From Paludibacteraceae bacterium (GTDB lineage: Bacteria > Bacteroidota > Bacteroidia > Bacteroidales > Paludibacteraceae): 64,000 bases of DNA. Both the position numbers and the translations under genes were made by a program. The stretch covers positions 8,365-72,364 of the forward strand of contig JAFUUE010000028.1 of NCBI GenBank assembly GCA_017483945.1, given 5' to 3'. The notes under the pieces were generated by a model. It was not told where the DNA came from and ran no database searches. It saw only the letters and a list, made by a program, of their open reading frames with translations. Shown here piece after piece: positions 1 through 8,959 of this stretch (position 1 is the first letter of the stretch; the number at the start of each line of letters is the position of its first letter).

Positions 1-196
1 CATAGTCGGCAAGCAGGAGGGAGAGCAGGCTGTCGGCATCGGTGCCGGGGTATATATAATAGGCATGCTCCTCGCCGTCTCGTGCGCGGAAGTTATCGGT
101 ACGGTAGAGGCGGTGCTGCCATAGCAGCCATGCGGTGCAGGTAAGCAGCAACAGGCCGGCAGTGAGTGTGATTATGAGTAGGTTGCGTTTGGACAT
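1..196 (-). CDS. N-terminal part of a membrane-anchored protein, possibly MltG/YceG-like (partial, runs off window start)
   Basis: ATG at 196 (minus) opens MSKRNLLIITLTAGLLLLTCTAWLLWQHRLYRTDNFRARDGEEHAYYIYPGTDADSLLSLLLADY. It has one TM helix followed by a YIYP..D..SLL segment resembling MltG N-termini. Only 65 codons are visible. Confidence 0.3.
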   Translation of the reverse strand, partial: MSKRNLLIITLTAGLLLLTCTAWLLWQHRLYRTDNFRARDGEEHAYYIYPGTDADSLLSLLLADY

Positions 197-201
197 TGTG
201 T

Positions 202-930
202 CTATAGATAGGGGTAGGTGATGTCTGTGAGGAAGAGTCCCTCCGGGGGGGCGGATTGTCCGGCGGCGGTACGGTCGTGTCGGGCGATGATGTGTGCGAA
301 GTCGTCCGGCGTGAGGCGGTGGCGTCCTACGTCGAGGAGTGTGCCTACGACCGCGCGTACCATGTTACGCAGGAAGCGGTTGGCGGTGATGGTGAAGACG
401 GCCGAATAGTCTGATGTGGTCCATTCGGCACGGGTGATGTGGCAGATGGTGGTCTTGACATCGGTGTGGGTGCGGCAGAAAGAGGCGCAGTCCTTTTCAC
501 CGAGCAGATGCAGGGCGGCGCGGTTCATGCTGTCGAAGTCCAGTCCGGGGGCTACACGTGTGGACAGGCCGCAGAGGAATGGGTCTTTGCGCCAATGGAT
601 ATGGTACTGATAGGTACGTGTCGTGGCATCGAAGCGGGCATGTGCCTCGGGGGGAACCGGGCATATGGCGTGTATGGCGATAGTGTCCGGGAGCAGGCTG
701 TTGAGTCGCGGGAGCAAGTTGTCCGGCAGGGAGTCGAGGTCGAAGTGGGCCGTCATCAGTCGTGCATGGACGCCGGCATCGGTTCGTCCGGCAAAGGTAA
801 GAGGCACGGGAGTACGCAGGATAGTGCACAGCGCTTCCTCCATCACCTGCTGGACGGTGATGCCTGTGGGCTGTCGTTGTGAGCCGTGGAACGGCGTGCC
901 GACATAGGAGAAGAGCAGGAAATATCTCAT
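202..930 (-). CDS. truA: tRNA pseudouridine(38-40) synthase TruA
   Basis: 242-aa ORF. MRYFLLFSYVGTPFHGSQRQ N-terminus and the GRTDAGVHA catalytic-Asp motif are typical of TruA. Confidence 0.9.
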   Translation of the reverse strand: MRYFLLFSYVGTPFHGSQRQPTGITVQQVMEEALCTILRTPVPLTFAGRTDAGVHARLMTAHFDLDSLPDNLLPRLNSLLPDTIAIHAICPVPPEAHARFDATTRTYQYHIHWRKDPFLCGLSTRVAPGLDFDSMNRAALHLLGEKDCASFCRTHTDVKTTICHITRAEWTTSDYSAVFTITANRFLRNMVRAVVGTLLDVGRHRLTPDDFAHIIARHDRTAAGQSAPPEGLFLTDITYPYL

Positions 931-936
931 GATACA

Positions 937-2409
937 CTATCGGATTAGGGCGTTTATTTCGGGAGAGAGACGGAGCCGGTAGGCCAGGAGCAGGCCGGAC
1001 CCCAGGAGCACGAAGGAGCGCAGGATACTGCTGAGCCAGATGTTGTCCGGGCAGTAGGGGCACCATAGCTCGTTGATGACGAACAGGAAGGCCAGTATGG
1101 CGAGGGTCAGCAGCTGGGTGCGGCAGAAAGGATGGGTGCGGCATGTGAGGGCAAGTGTGGCGATGACTCCGACAAAATAGAGGGCATAACTGATGAGGTT
1201 GCTCAGGGCGGCGCCATTCATGCCGAAGCGCGGAATGAGCAGGTTGTTACAGAGTATGGCGGTGGTGGTGAGCAGGACGGACCATAGGAGCGAGAAGGCA
1301 TAGTAGCGCGAGTAGTTGAGTGTGTTGAGTGTGATGTTGAAGGTGGCCAGGATGAGTTGGCTGAGACCGAGGATGAGCACTACTGTTCGTGCCTGTGAGT
1401 AGAGTTGCCCGTTAGGCAGGATGTGGAAGATGAGGTCTATATTGACCCAGATAGCCAGCAGGATGAAGCCTCCGATGAGTAGCAGATTGTTGGCGGCCTG
1501 CTGCATGAGGCGTGATGTCTGCGCGCGGTCATAGTCCTTGATAGCCGCAGCGAGTTGTGGCGCCGCTATGGCCGTGAGTGAGCGATAGGGGATGCTGACC
1601 ATGACGGCCATGTAGGTGGCGATAGCGAAGATGCCTGTGTAGTCGAGTCCCATCTGCGCCGTGATGAAGAAAGAGGAGAGTGTGGGAGCGAGTACGGAGG
1701 CAAGTGCCGAGACGAGCAGGAAGCCGGTATAGAGCAGGTAGCGGCGGACGATGTCGGGATGGGTGCGCAGGAAGTCTATGTCCGGGCGTAACTGTATGGC
1801 TCCCAGTCGGAAGAGATAGGCGGCATTGACGAGGGCGGCCAGTGCATAATTGATACAGAGGGCGATGACAAAGCCGTCGAGCGAGAGGATGCGGAAGGCG
1901 TAGAGCAGGTAGCAGACCAGCAGTCCTACCCTGACGAGCAGTTCGCGCACGGCGCGCGGCACGACGATGTGCATGCGCACGTTGGCATTGGTCTCGAAGA
2001 CCGTCTGGTAGAGCATGCCCAAGGCCAGCGGGAGAACGAAGTAATAGTAGTCGATGAAGAGGGGCGACTTGTCTCCGAACCAGGCAGCGAGGGGGGTATG
2101 GCATGCCCACCAGAGGAGGCTGAAGAGGGCGAAGCCGATGAAGGGAACGAGCATCGTCCAGAAGAAGAATCCGTTATCGCTACGGTCGGGGGACTTGAAG
2201 TAGGGATAGAAGCGGATGATGGACGAGGTGGTGCCCAGTTGCGCGAGTCCGACGAAGAGTGTGGCGGCGTCGATGAGGACGCGTGCGAGTCCTATCTCCT
2301 CGGCCGTAAGGAAGCGTGTGAGTACAAAGAAGGTGGTAACGAAGCCCACCGCCACCCCTATGTAGGTGACGGCGGTGCCTCGAATACTCTGTTTAGCGAT
2401 GACTCCCAC
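937..2409 (-). CDS. polysaccharide/oligosaccharide flippase family protein (MOP/Wzx-like)
   Basis: 490-aa polytopic membrane ORF. The N-terminus KQSIRGTAVTYIGVAVGF and overall hydrophobic pattern are typical of Bacteroidota polysaccharide biosynthesis flippases. GTG start at 2409. Confidence 0.7.
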   Translation of the reverse strand: MGVIAKQSIRGTAVTYIGVAVGFVTTFFVLTRFLTAEEIGLARVLIDAATLFVGLAQLGTTSSIIRFYPYFKSPDRSDNGFFFWTMLVPFIGFALFSLLWWACHTPLAAWFGDKSPLFIDYYYFVLPLALGMLYQTVFETNANVRMHIVVPRAVRELLVRVGLLVCYLLYAFRILSLDGFVIALCINYALAALVNAAYLFRLGAIQLRPDIDFLRTHPDIVRRYLLYTGFLLVSALASVLAPTLSSFFITAQMGLDYTGIFAIATYMAVMVSIPYRSLTAIAAPQLAAAIKDYDRAQTSRLMQQAANNLLLIGGFILLAIWVNIDLIFHILPNGQLYSQARTVVLILGLSQLILATFNITLNTLNYSRYYAFSLLWSVLLTTTAILCNNLLIPRFGMNGAALSNLISYALYFVGVIATLALTCRTHPFCRTQLLTLAILAFLFVINELWCPYCPDNIWLSSILRSFVLLGSGLLLAYRLRLSPEINALIR

Positions 2410-2411
2410 GG

Positions 2412-2541
2412 GTGAAGTGGTTTGAGGTGGTTAAACGTTGTTTAGAGTCGTTAAACGTTGTTAAACGTTGTTTAAAGTCGTTTAACGTTGTTTAAAGTCG
2501 TTTAACGTCGTTTGAAGTTGTTTGAAGTCGTTTAATGTTGT
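2412..2541 (-). repeat. about 13 tandem 10-bp units, sense strand AAAC[A/G]AC[G/T]TT, filling the whole FKBP-flippase spacer
   Basis: Direct reading: gtttaaacgtt/gtttaaagtcg units repeat head to tail from the FKBP stop (2542) to the flippase start (2409). Confidence 0.9.
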
Positions 2542-3795
2542 TTATTCGATGTCCAGCAGTTCGACGTCGAAGATGAGTGTGGAGTAGGGGGGGATGCTAC
2601 CGGCGGCCTGTGCTCCATAGCCGAGTTCCTGCGGGATGAAGAAGCGGAACTTAGAGCCGATGGGCATGAGTTGCACGCCTTCGGTCCAGCCCTTGATTAC
2701 CTGGTTGAGGCCGAAGGTGATGGGTTCGCCGCGCTCGACGGAGCTGTCGAACACTTCGCCGTTGATGAGTGTGCCGTGGTAGTGCACTTTGACGCGGTCC
2801 GTGGCAGCGGGTTTGCGGCCTTTACCCTCCTTGAGGACAAGGTATTGGAGTCCGCTTTCGGTGACTTTGACGCCCGGCTTCTGTGCGTTCTCGCGGAGGA
2901 ACTGCTCGCCGAGGGACTTGGTGTCGCCGTATTTGATGTGGTTGAGTGTCTCTTGGATATAGAGGTCGGCCTGTTGGAAATCCATGAGTTCGTCGTAGTT
3001 CTTGAGTCCGTTGACGAAGCCCTGTTTGATGAGTTCAAAGTCGGTGGTGAGAGAGGGCTCGTTGATGAGTCCTTCGGGCTCTTGTTCGCGGATGGCCTGT
3101 CCTATGCGCTCTCCGTAGTTGACGAGTTGGGGATAGCGTGTCTTGTCACCGAGGCTGCGGTTGATTTGCTCGACGAACTCCTTGGCCTTCACGCCGTCAG
3201 AGTCGGAGGAGAGCATATAACGGTATATCTCGTCGCCGTTGAGGACGCCGAAGGCGTAGTTGAGACTGTCGAGGAAGGAGTTGAGGGGGATGTTTTTGAC
3301 CTTGTCCACGCACTTGGCGGTGACGGGTTTGCCGGCTTTCTCGTCTTGGGAATTACTGCTTTGCATCATGTAGGCATGCTGGAAGAAGTCGCGTGCTTCG
3401 GCGGCTTGCATCATGACGGTGTCCTGATGGATAGCGTTGATGAGGCCTTGGAAGAAGATTTTCTGGTTGATGGTCCAAGCGGGTTGGTCGGCTAGTCCGC
3501 GTTCTTCGGCCATTTTGAGTCCTTGTCCGATGCTCTTGCCCGCCTGTTGGTGTTCCTCGAGTTTTGGGACTTGGTTGTCATATCCGCGCTGGAGGGCATC
3601 CATGAACTCGGTGACGGCCTGCTCGCTGCTGTCGTTGTGGAGTTGTTGCATCTTGAGTTGTGCACCCTGAACGTAGCCGAGGGCGTAGTTCATGGAGTCG
3701 TTTTGGTTGGCGAGTTGGACACGTTGTGCCTTATAGGTGTTGCCGCAGGATACCATAGCGAAAGCGGCAAGTGCGATGAATGTGAAGTGTTTCAT
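2542..3795 (-). CDS. FKBP-type peptidyl-prolyl cis-trans isomerase (long, lipoprotein-like N-terminus)
   Basis: 417 aa. C-terminal FKBP domain GVKVTESGLQYLVLKEGKG...VKVHYHGTLINGEVFDSS...LNQVIKGWTEGVQLM...IPPYSTLIFDVELLDI. Signal/lipobox AFAMVSCG. Confidence 0.85.
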   Translation of the reverse strand: MKHFTFIALAAFAMVSCGNTYKAQRVQLANQNDSMNYALGYVQGAQLKMQQLHNDSSEQAVTEFMDALQRGYDNQVPKLEEHQQAGKSIGQGLKMAEERGLADQPAWTINQKIFFQGLINAIHQDTVMMQAAEARDFFQHAYMMQSSNSQDEKAGKPVTAKCVDKVKNIPLNSFLDSLNYAFGVLNGDEIYRYMLSSDSDGVKAKEFVEQINRSLGDKTRYPQLVNYGERIGQAIREQEPEGLINEPSLTTDFELIKQGFVNGLKNYDELMDFQQADLYIQETLNHIKYGDTKSLGEQFLRENAQKPGVKVTESGLQYLVLKEGKGRKPAATDRVKVHYHGTLINGEVFDSSVERGEPITFGLNQVIKGWTEGVQLMPIGSKFRFFIPQELGYGAQAAGSIPPYSTLIFDVELLDIE

Positions 3796-3800
3796 ACGTT

Positions 3801-3868
3801 GGTTGAAGTGGTTTAAAATTGTTTAAAATTGTTTAAAGTTGTTTAAAGTTGTTTGTTTGAAGTGGTTT
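3801..3868 (-). repeat. 6-7 tandem 10-bp units (sense AAACAA[C/T]TTT) forming the spacer upstream of the 417-aa FKBP gene
   Basis: Direct reading. The sense strand ends ...TTTTAAACCACTTCAACCAACGT then ATG (3795). Confidence 0.9.
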
Positions 3869-4453
3869 TTATTCGATGCCGAGTAACTCGACGGTGAAGA
3901 TGAGTGCGGCGTATGGGGGAATGCTCTGTCCGGCTCCATGTTCGCCGTAGCCGAGTTGGTAGGGGATGTAGAGTTTGTATTTCGAGCCGATAGACATGAG
4001 TTGGAGTCCTTCGGTCCATCCTTTGATTACCTGGTTGAGGGGGAAGGAGATGGGTTCTCCGCGTTTGTAACTGCTGTCGAAGACGGTTCCGTCGGTGAGT
4101 GTCCCTTCGTAGTGAACGCGCACGGTGTCGGTGGCTTTGGGTTTCTGTCCGATGGTGGCGTCGAGGACTTCGTACTGGAGTCCGGAGGGTGTCACTTTGA
4201 CGCCGGGGCGTTTGGCGTTCTCGGCGAGGAATTTCTCGCCGGCGGCTTTGGCTTCTCCTGCTAATTTATTCTGCAGTTCCGTGAAGAAGCGGTTGAGTTC
4301 CTGTTGCGCCTCCTGGTAGGAGAAGCGTGGTTGGTTGTGCTCCAATACGTCCTTTATGCCGGCGGCCAAGGCGTCGTATTGGATGGAAGTGATGCCACTC
4401 CCGAGCAGGTTCTGACCCATAGAGAGTCCGAGTGCATAACTGATTTTTTCCAT
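3869..4453 (-). CDS. FKBP-type peptidyl-prolyl cis-trans isomerase (FklB-like)
   Basis: 194 aa. GVKVTPSGLQYEVL...VRVHYEGTLTDGTVFDSSYKRGEPISFPLNQVIKGWTEGLQLM...IPPYAALIFTVELLGI. Confidence 0.85.
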   Translation of the reverse strand: MEKISYALGLSMGQNLLGSGITSIQYDALAAGIKDVLEHNQPRFSYQEAQQELNRFFTELQNKLAGEAKAAGEKFLAENAKRPGVKVTPSGLQYEVLDATIGQKPKATDTVRVHYEGTLTDGTVFDSSYKRGEPISFPLNQVIKGWTEGLQLMSIGSKYKLYIPYQLGYGEHGAGQSIPPYAALIFTVELLGIE

Positions 4454-4479
4454 ATTGTTGATTATTTAGTGTTTACTTA

Positions 4480-5112
4480 TTATGCTTGAGCGGTTTGCAG
4501 CTCCTGCATGCGGCAGATATACTTGCCGATGATGTCAAACTCGAGGTTGACGACGGTGCCGACCTGTATGTCGTGGAAGTTGGTGTTCTCGTGTGTGTAG
4601 GGGATGATGCATACGCTGACATAGCCGGTGTCTCCTTGTACGTCGGGTTCGCAGACGGTGAGGCTGACGCCGTTGATGCTGACGGAGCCTTTGTCCACGC
4701 AGAAATAGCCCCGCCGAATCATGTCGGGTGTGGAGGTATAGGCGAAGCGGTAGTACCAGCTGCCGTCTGTCTCGTGTGCCTCGATGCACCGTGCGGTCTG
4801 GTCCACGTGTCCCTGGACAATATGGCCGTCGAGTCGTTCGTTGAGGAGCATGGAGCGTTCGACATTGACTCGGTCGCCGACGCGGAGGAGTCCGAGGTTG
4901 CTTCGCCGGAGACTCTCTTCCATGACGGTGACGACGTACTGCTTGGCGGCCGGGTCGAGGCGTACGACGGTGAGGCATACTCCGTTGTGCGCAACGGACT
5001 GGTCGATAGAGAGTTGGTCTGCGAACGGGCAGGTGAAGGTGAAGTGGATATTGGTCCGGTCATGCTCGATATGCACGACTTGAGCCATGGATTCTACTAT
5101 TCCTGAGAACAT
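4480..5112 (-). CDS. ribE: riboflavin synthase alpha chain
   Basis: The internal ATG at 5112 gives MFSGIVESMAQVVHIEHD...SIDQSVAHNGVCLTVV...SINGVSLTV, the two lumazine-binding repeats of riboflavin synthase. The longer track ORF (to 5298) runs through the promoter and repeat region. Confidence 0.85.
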   Translation of the reverse strand: MFSGIVESMAQVVHIEHDRTNIHFTFTCPFADQLSIDQSVAHNGVCLTVVRLDPAAKQYVVTVMEESLRRSNLGLLRVGDRVNVERSMLLNERLDGHIVQGHVDQTARCIEAHETDGSWYYRFAYTSTPDMIRRGYFCVDKGSVSINGVSLTVCEPDVQGDTGYVSVCIIPYTHENTNFHDIQVGTVVNLEFDIIGKYICRMQELQTAQA

Positions 5113-5280
5113 GTTGGTGTGTTGTTTAAGCGGTTTGTAGTGGTTGTTTTTGAGGGCTGATTTTCCTATATGCCCAAAATTAGCGAACAAAGTTACGAAA
5201 AAAATCTGACATGTGCAATAGTGGAATGAATTTGTTGGCGAAATCCTGTTATTTGTTCCCCGTATGAGTAGTGTGACGGT

Positions 5281-5352
5281 AGGCGAATCACGCGTCAATC
5301 ACGCGTCAATCACGCGACAATCACGCGAGAACGGTACGTGTTTTCGACGGAG
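5281..5352. repeat. AGGCG-(AATCACGCGNC)x4 11-bp tandem repeat plus degenerate anchor GAACGGTACG (family copy 1 of 3)
   Basis: Direct reading. Near-identical arrays lie at 59951-60018 (same orientation) and 26266-26333 (inverted). Confidence 0.9.
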
Positions 5353-5391
5353 GGGGATGCAGGGAGCGGGGGAGGCATCCGGATAGGGGCA

Positions 5392-5430
5392 TAAAAAACC
5401 GATGAGTACCGCGGTGGCAGTACTCATCGG
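5392..5430 (-). terminator. rho-independent terminator of uxaB
   Basis: 11-bp perfect stem CCGATGAGTAC/GTACTCATCGG (5399-5409, 5420-5430), followed on the minus strand by TTTTTTAT, 17 nt after the uxaB stop. Confidence 0.8.
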
Positions 5431-5447
5431 TTCGGTGAGAGGTGTGT

Positions 5448-6980
5448 TTAGAACAGGCTCTTGATTTTGGAGATGAGGTCATCGACCTTGTCAACGGCAA
5501 GCATAGCCTGGACGGTGGGCAGCATGCCGATAGCCTGGATGGAGTCGAGGTAGAGGGTAACCAAGTCGGTGAGTCCGGGTATTTGGTTGAGGTCCTCTTT
5601 GGACTCTTTCCAGATGATGTCGGTAGCGCCGAGTACGCCTTCGGCGACTTTGCGTGTGTCGCCCGTAGCCCATAGTTGTTTGAGGAGGTCCATAATCTCC
5701 TGTGCGTCATTGGGTTGGATAGGTGCTCCGTCCTCGCGCACACCGCCCTTGTAATAGGTAATGATGGCAGCGAGTCCGAGGACGAGTCCCTTGGGCAGTT
5801 CGCCCTTGCGTTGGAGGTAGGTCTTGAGTCCGGGGAGGTCGCGTGTCTCGAACTTGGGGAAGGAGTTGAGCATGATGGACGTAACCTGATGGTCCACGTA
5901 GGGGTTGTTGAATCGCTCGAGTACGGATTCGCCGTAGGCGCGGAGTTCGTCCTTGGGGAGGTTGAGTGTCTCGAGGAGTTCGTCGAACATGACCTTGTTG
6001 ATGTACTTGCCGAGTACCTCATGGTTGCAGGCGTCGCGTACGATGTTGACGCCGGAGAGGTAGGTGACGGGTGAGAGGACGGTGTGCGGGCCGTTGAGGA
6101 GCGTCACTTTGCGCTCGTGGTAGGGTTTCTCGCTCTCGGCGATGAGGACGTTGAGTCCGGCTTTGTTAGCGGGGAACTCGGCCTCGAGTTCGGCGATAGA
6201 CATATTCTCGGGTTTCTCGATGACCCAGAGGTGGAATATCTCGGCTTGTACGACGAGGTTGTCGGTATAGCCGATTTTCTCTTGGATGTCCGCGATGTCC
6301 TTGCGGGGGAATCCGGGGACGATGCGGTCCACGAGTGTAGCGCAGACGTAGTTATATTTCTCGAACCACTCTTTGAATCCCTCGTAGTCAGCGGCGAAGT
6401 CGTCTTTCCAGAGCTCGATGTACTTGCGGATGCAGTCTTTGAGGTGGTGTCCGTTGAGGAAGATGAGTTCGCAGGGCATGAAGATGAGTCCCTTGGAGGG
6501 GCATCCGTTGAATGTCTTATAGCGGCGGAAGAGCAGTTGGACGAGCTTGGCGGGATAAGCGGAAGCGGGTGCGTCGGTGAACTTGCATGCGGGGTCGAAG
6601 GTGATGCCGGCCTCGGTGGTGTTCGAGATGACGAACCGGATTTCGGGTTGGTCGGCGAGCGCCATGAAGGCGGCGTTCTGGGTGTAGGGGTTGAGTGCGC
6701 GTGAGATGACGTCGATGCGCTCGAGGGAGTTGACGGCTTTACCGTCGAGTCGTCCCTGGAGGTTGACGTGGTAGAGGCAGTCTTGTCCGTTGAGCCACTC
6801 GGCCATGCCTTTGTCAATAGGCTGTACGACAGCGACGGAGCCGTTGAAGTTGGTCTTGGCGTTCATGTTCCAGACGATCCAATCCACGAATGCGCGTAGG
6901 AAGTTACCCTCGCCGAACTGGATGATTTTCTCAGGTGCGACCGACTTGGGAGCGGTCAGTTTGTTGAGTGCTTTTTTCAT
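5448..6980 (-). CDS. uxaB: tagaturonate reductase (altronate oxidoreductase)
   Basis: ATG at 6980 gives MKKALNKL...IIQFGEGNFLRAFVDWIVW...FVISNTTEAGITFDP, mannitol dehydrogenase family with the UxaB pattern. The track ORF extension to 7073 is unlikely to be translated. Confidence 0.85.
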   Translation of the reverse strand: MKKALNKLTAPKSVAPEKIIQFGEGNFLRAFVDWIVWNMNAKTNFNGSVAVVQPIDKGMAEWLNGQDCLYHVNLQGRLDGKAVNSLERIDVISRALNPYTQNAAFMALADQPEIRFVISNTTEAGITFDPACKFTDAPASAYPAKLVQLLFRRYKTFNGCPSKGLIFMPCELIFLNGHHLKDCIRKYIELWKDDFAADYEGFKEWFEKYNYVCATLVDRIVPGFPRKDIADIQEKIGYTDNLVVQAEIFHLWVIEKPENMSIAELEAEFPANKAGLNVLIAESEKPYHERKVTLLNGPHTVLSPVTYLSGVNIVRDACNHEVLGKYINKVMFDELLETLNLPKDELRAYGESVLERFNNPYVDHQVTSIMLNSFPKFETRDLPGLKTYLQRKGELPKGLVLGLAAIITYYKGGVREDGAPIQPNDAQEIMDLLKQLWATGDTRKVAEGVLGATDIIWKESKEDLNQIPGLTDLVTLYLDSIQAIGMLPTVQAMLAVDKVDDLISKIKSLF

Positions 6981-7042
6981 TGTGGTATATTTATGATTAT
7001 GTTGTTTGTGCGTTGTTAGGTTGCAGGCGCGATATGACGATG

Positions 7043-7074
7043 CAAAATTAGGTATTTTTTTCGAGATTTGCAAC
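7043..7074 (-). promoter_or_regulatory. Bacteroidota sigma-A type promoter for uxaB
   Basis: Minus strand: GTTG (7074-7071), N20, TAATTTTG (7050-7043). Confidence 0.5.
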
Positions 7075-7137
7075 AGTTAATTGGCGTTTTTTGTGTAAAA
7101 ATTGTCGCACGGGTGCTATTATGGGTTTTGCAGGGGT

Positions 7138-7803
7138 TCAAGTGGTGAGTCTGTAGCCCCGTCCGCGGACGGAGACGATGTTGCATCCGTTGCATCCGCT
7201 CTGCTCCATGGTGCGTCGGAGCTTGGTGATGAAGACGGCGAGCGAACGTGCTGAGAACCAGTCGTCCCGTTGCCAGAGTGTGCGCAGGATGAGATGCCGG
7301 TCCACGACGTGGTTGGCGTTGCGGCAGAGGAGTAGGAGCAGGTCGGACTCGCGTGCGGGGAGTCGCATGCCGCCGAGCGTCTGGTGGACGGAGTCGAAGA
7401 GCACGCCGCCGAGTAGGAACTGTGTGTCGGGGACGGTGTGTGCTCGGGCCTGGCGGAGGAGGTAGGCCCGTAGTTTGCTATGGAGGACCTCCATGGAGAA
7501 GGGCTTGGTGATATAGTCGTCACACCCTAAGGAATACGCGCGCAACATGTCCTCGCGTGCGTTGCGTGCGGTGAACATGAAGACGGGTGTGTCGTTCTGC
7601 TCCTTGCGCAGGGTCTGGAGAACGGCAAATCCGTTCTTCCGGGGCATGTTGATGTCCAAGAGGCAGAGGTCGTAGTTGCGTGAGCGCATGCGTGCCAGAG
7701 CTTCTTCGCCGTCTCCTGCCAGTTCGGCAGGCAGGTCGCGGTCGCGCAGATATTCGGCCAAAACGGTCGAGAGATTGAGGTCGTCGTCGGCTATGAGTAT
7801 CAT
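7138..7803 (-). CDS. OmpR-family response regulator (receiver + winged-helix), orphan
   Basis: ATG at 7803 gives MILIADDDLNL...DLCLLDINMPRKNGF...ITKPFS...RGRGYRL. No histidine kinase gene is adjacent. Confidence 0.85.
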   Translation of the reverse strand: MILIADDDLNLSTVLAEYLRDRDLPAELAGDGEEALARMRSRNYDLCLLDINMPRKNGFAVLQTLRKEQNDTPVFMFTARNAREDMLRAYSLGCDDYITKPFSMEVLHSKLRAYLLRQARAHTVPDTQFLLGGVLFDSVHQTLGGMRLPARESDLLLLLCRNANHVVDRHLILRTLWQRDDWFSARSLAVFITKLRRTMEQSGCNGCNIVSVRGRGYRLTT

Positions 7804-7824
7804 TTGATTGGGTATTATCCGATA

Positions 7825-7855
7825 CAAAAGTACAAAAAATTTTGCACATACCAAA
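7825..7855 (-). promoter_or_regulatory. promoter of the response regulator gene
   Basis: Minus strand: TTTG (7855-7852), N19, TACTTTTG (7832-7825). It interleaves with the divergent ansA promoter. Confidence 0.5.
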
Positions 7856-7872
7856 AGTTTTTCGTAATTTTG
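7841..7872 (+). promoter_or_regulatory. promoter of ansA
   Basis: TTTG (7841-7844), N20, TAATTTTG (7865-7872), 25 nt upstream of the ATG. Confidence 0.6.
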
Positions 7873-7897
7873 CGTCAAATAACGATATATCCCGACT

Positions 7898-8935
7898 ATG
7901 AGTAATATTTTGTTGATATTTACCGGTGGTACCATTTCGATGGTCCGTAACCCTAAGACGGGTGGTCTTCGTCCGGCTGACATGGAGACGTTCAAGACCT
8001 TTGTGCCGGAGTTGTTTTCGTCTGATATCCATGTGGATATGTTGCCTTTTACGCCCTTCATAGACTCGTCGGATGTCAATCCTGATAACTGGAGTCGCAT
8101 GGCTCGTGCGGTGTATGACCACTACGACGACTACGACGGCTTCGTCATCCTGCACGGCACGGACACGATGTCCTACTCGGGTTCGGCCCTGTCCTTCATG
8201 CTGGAGAACCTGAACAAGCCGGTGGTGTTCACCGGTAGTCAGTTGCCGGTAGGTGTTCTGCGGAGCGATGCGAAGGAGAACCTGCTGACGGCTATAGAGA
8301 TAGCGGCGGCGAAAGACGAGGTGGGCAACGCTATTGTGCCGGAGGTGACTATCTTCTTCGAGGACAAGCTGTTCCGCGCGAACCGCACCACCAAGATTAA
8401 CTCCGAGCATTTCGAGGCGTTTGCCAGTTACAACTACCCGTCTCTGGCCAAGGCGGGTGTGCATATCACCTATCGGTCGCACCTGGTACACTACAGTGAC
8501 CCGCGTATCCCGCTCAAGTTGCATGAGTCAACGGACTGCAACGTGGCGGTGCTGAAGCTGTTCCCCGGCATCACTCAGCAGGTGGTTCGCTCCATCTTGC
8601 GCACCAAGGGCCTGCGCGGCGTCGTGCTGGAGACTTTCGGCGCGGGCAATGCGCCTTCGGCCAAGTGGCTCTATCGTCTGCTGCGCGACGCGGTGGACCG
8701 CGGTATCATCATCGTCAACAAGACGCAGTGCTCGACCGGCAGCGTCGAGATGGGGCAGTACGAGGTCAGTCTCAACCTGCTCAAGGCGGGCGTCATCTCC
8801 GGCTATGACATCACGACGGAGGCCCTGCTCACCAAGATGATGTACCTGATAGGCGGACTGGATGATATTCAGCAGATTAAGCAACTGATACAGACGCCTC
8901 TCTGCGGTGAGTTGACCGTAGAGCCCCTCCTATGA
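7898..8935 (+). CDS. ansA: type I L-asparaginase
   Basis: 345 aa. ILLIFTGGTISM active-site Thr motif, HGTDTMSYS, and overall AnsA pattern. Confidence 0.9.
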   Translation: MSNILLIFTGGTISMVRNPKTGGLRPADMETFKTFVPELFSSDIHVDMLPFTPFIDSSDVNPDNWSRMARAVYDHYDDYDGFVILHGTDTMSYSGSALSFMLENLNKPVVFTGSQLPVGVLRSDAKENLLTAIEIAAAKDEVGNAIVPEVTIFFEDKLFRANRTTKINSEHFEAFASYNYPSLAKAGVHITYRSHLVHYSDPRIPLKLHESTDCNVAVLKLFPGITQQVVRSILRTKGLRGVVLETFGAGNAPSAKWLYRLLRDAVDRGIIIVNKTQCSTGSVEMGQYEVSLNLLKAGVISGYDITTEALLTKMMYLIGGLDDIQQIKQLIQTPLCGELTVEPLL

Positions 8936-8959
8936 CAGACTAACAAAAAACTTCATCAT

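Noticed and set aside
2412-2541. Tandem repeats considered as a possible CRISPR array (also 45126-45216, 56664-56777 and others)
   Set aside because: Units are 10-11 bp and directly adjacent with no unique spacers. No cas genes are in the window. They are not CRISPR.
7520-8524. 334-aa ORF on the - strand
   Set aside because: It is antisense to ansA and overlaps the response-regulator gene in another frame. It has no motifs and is Arg-rich.
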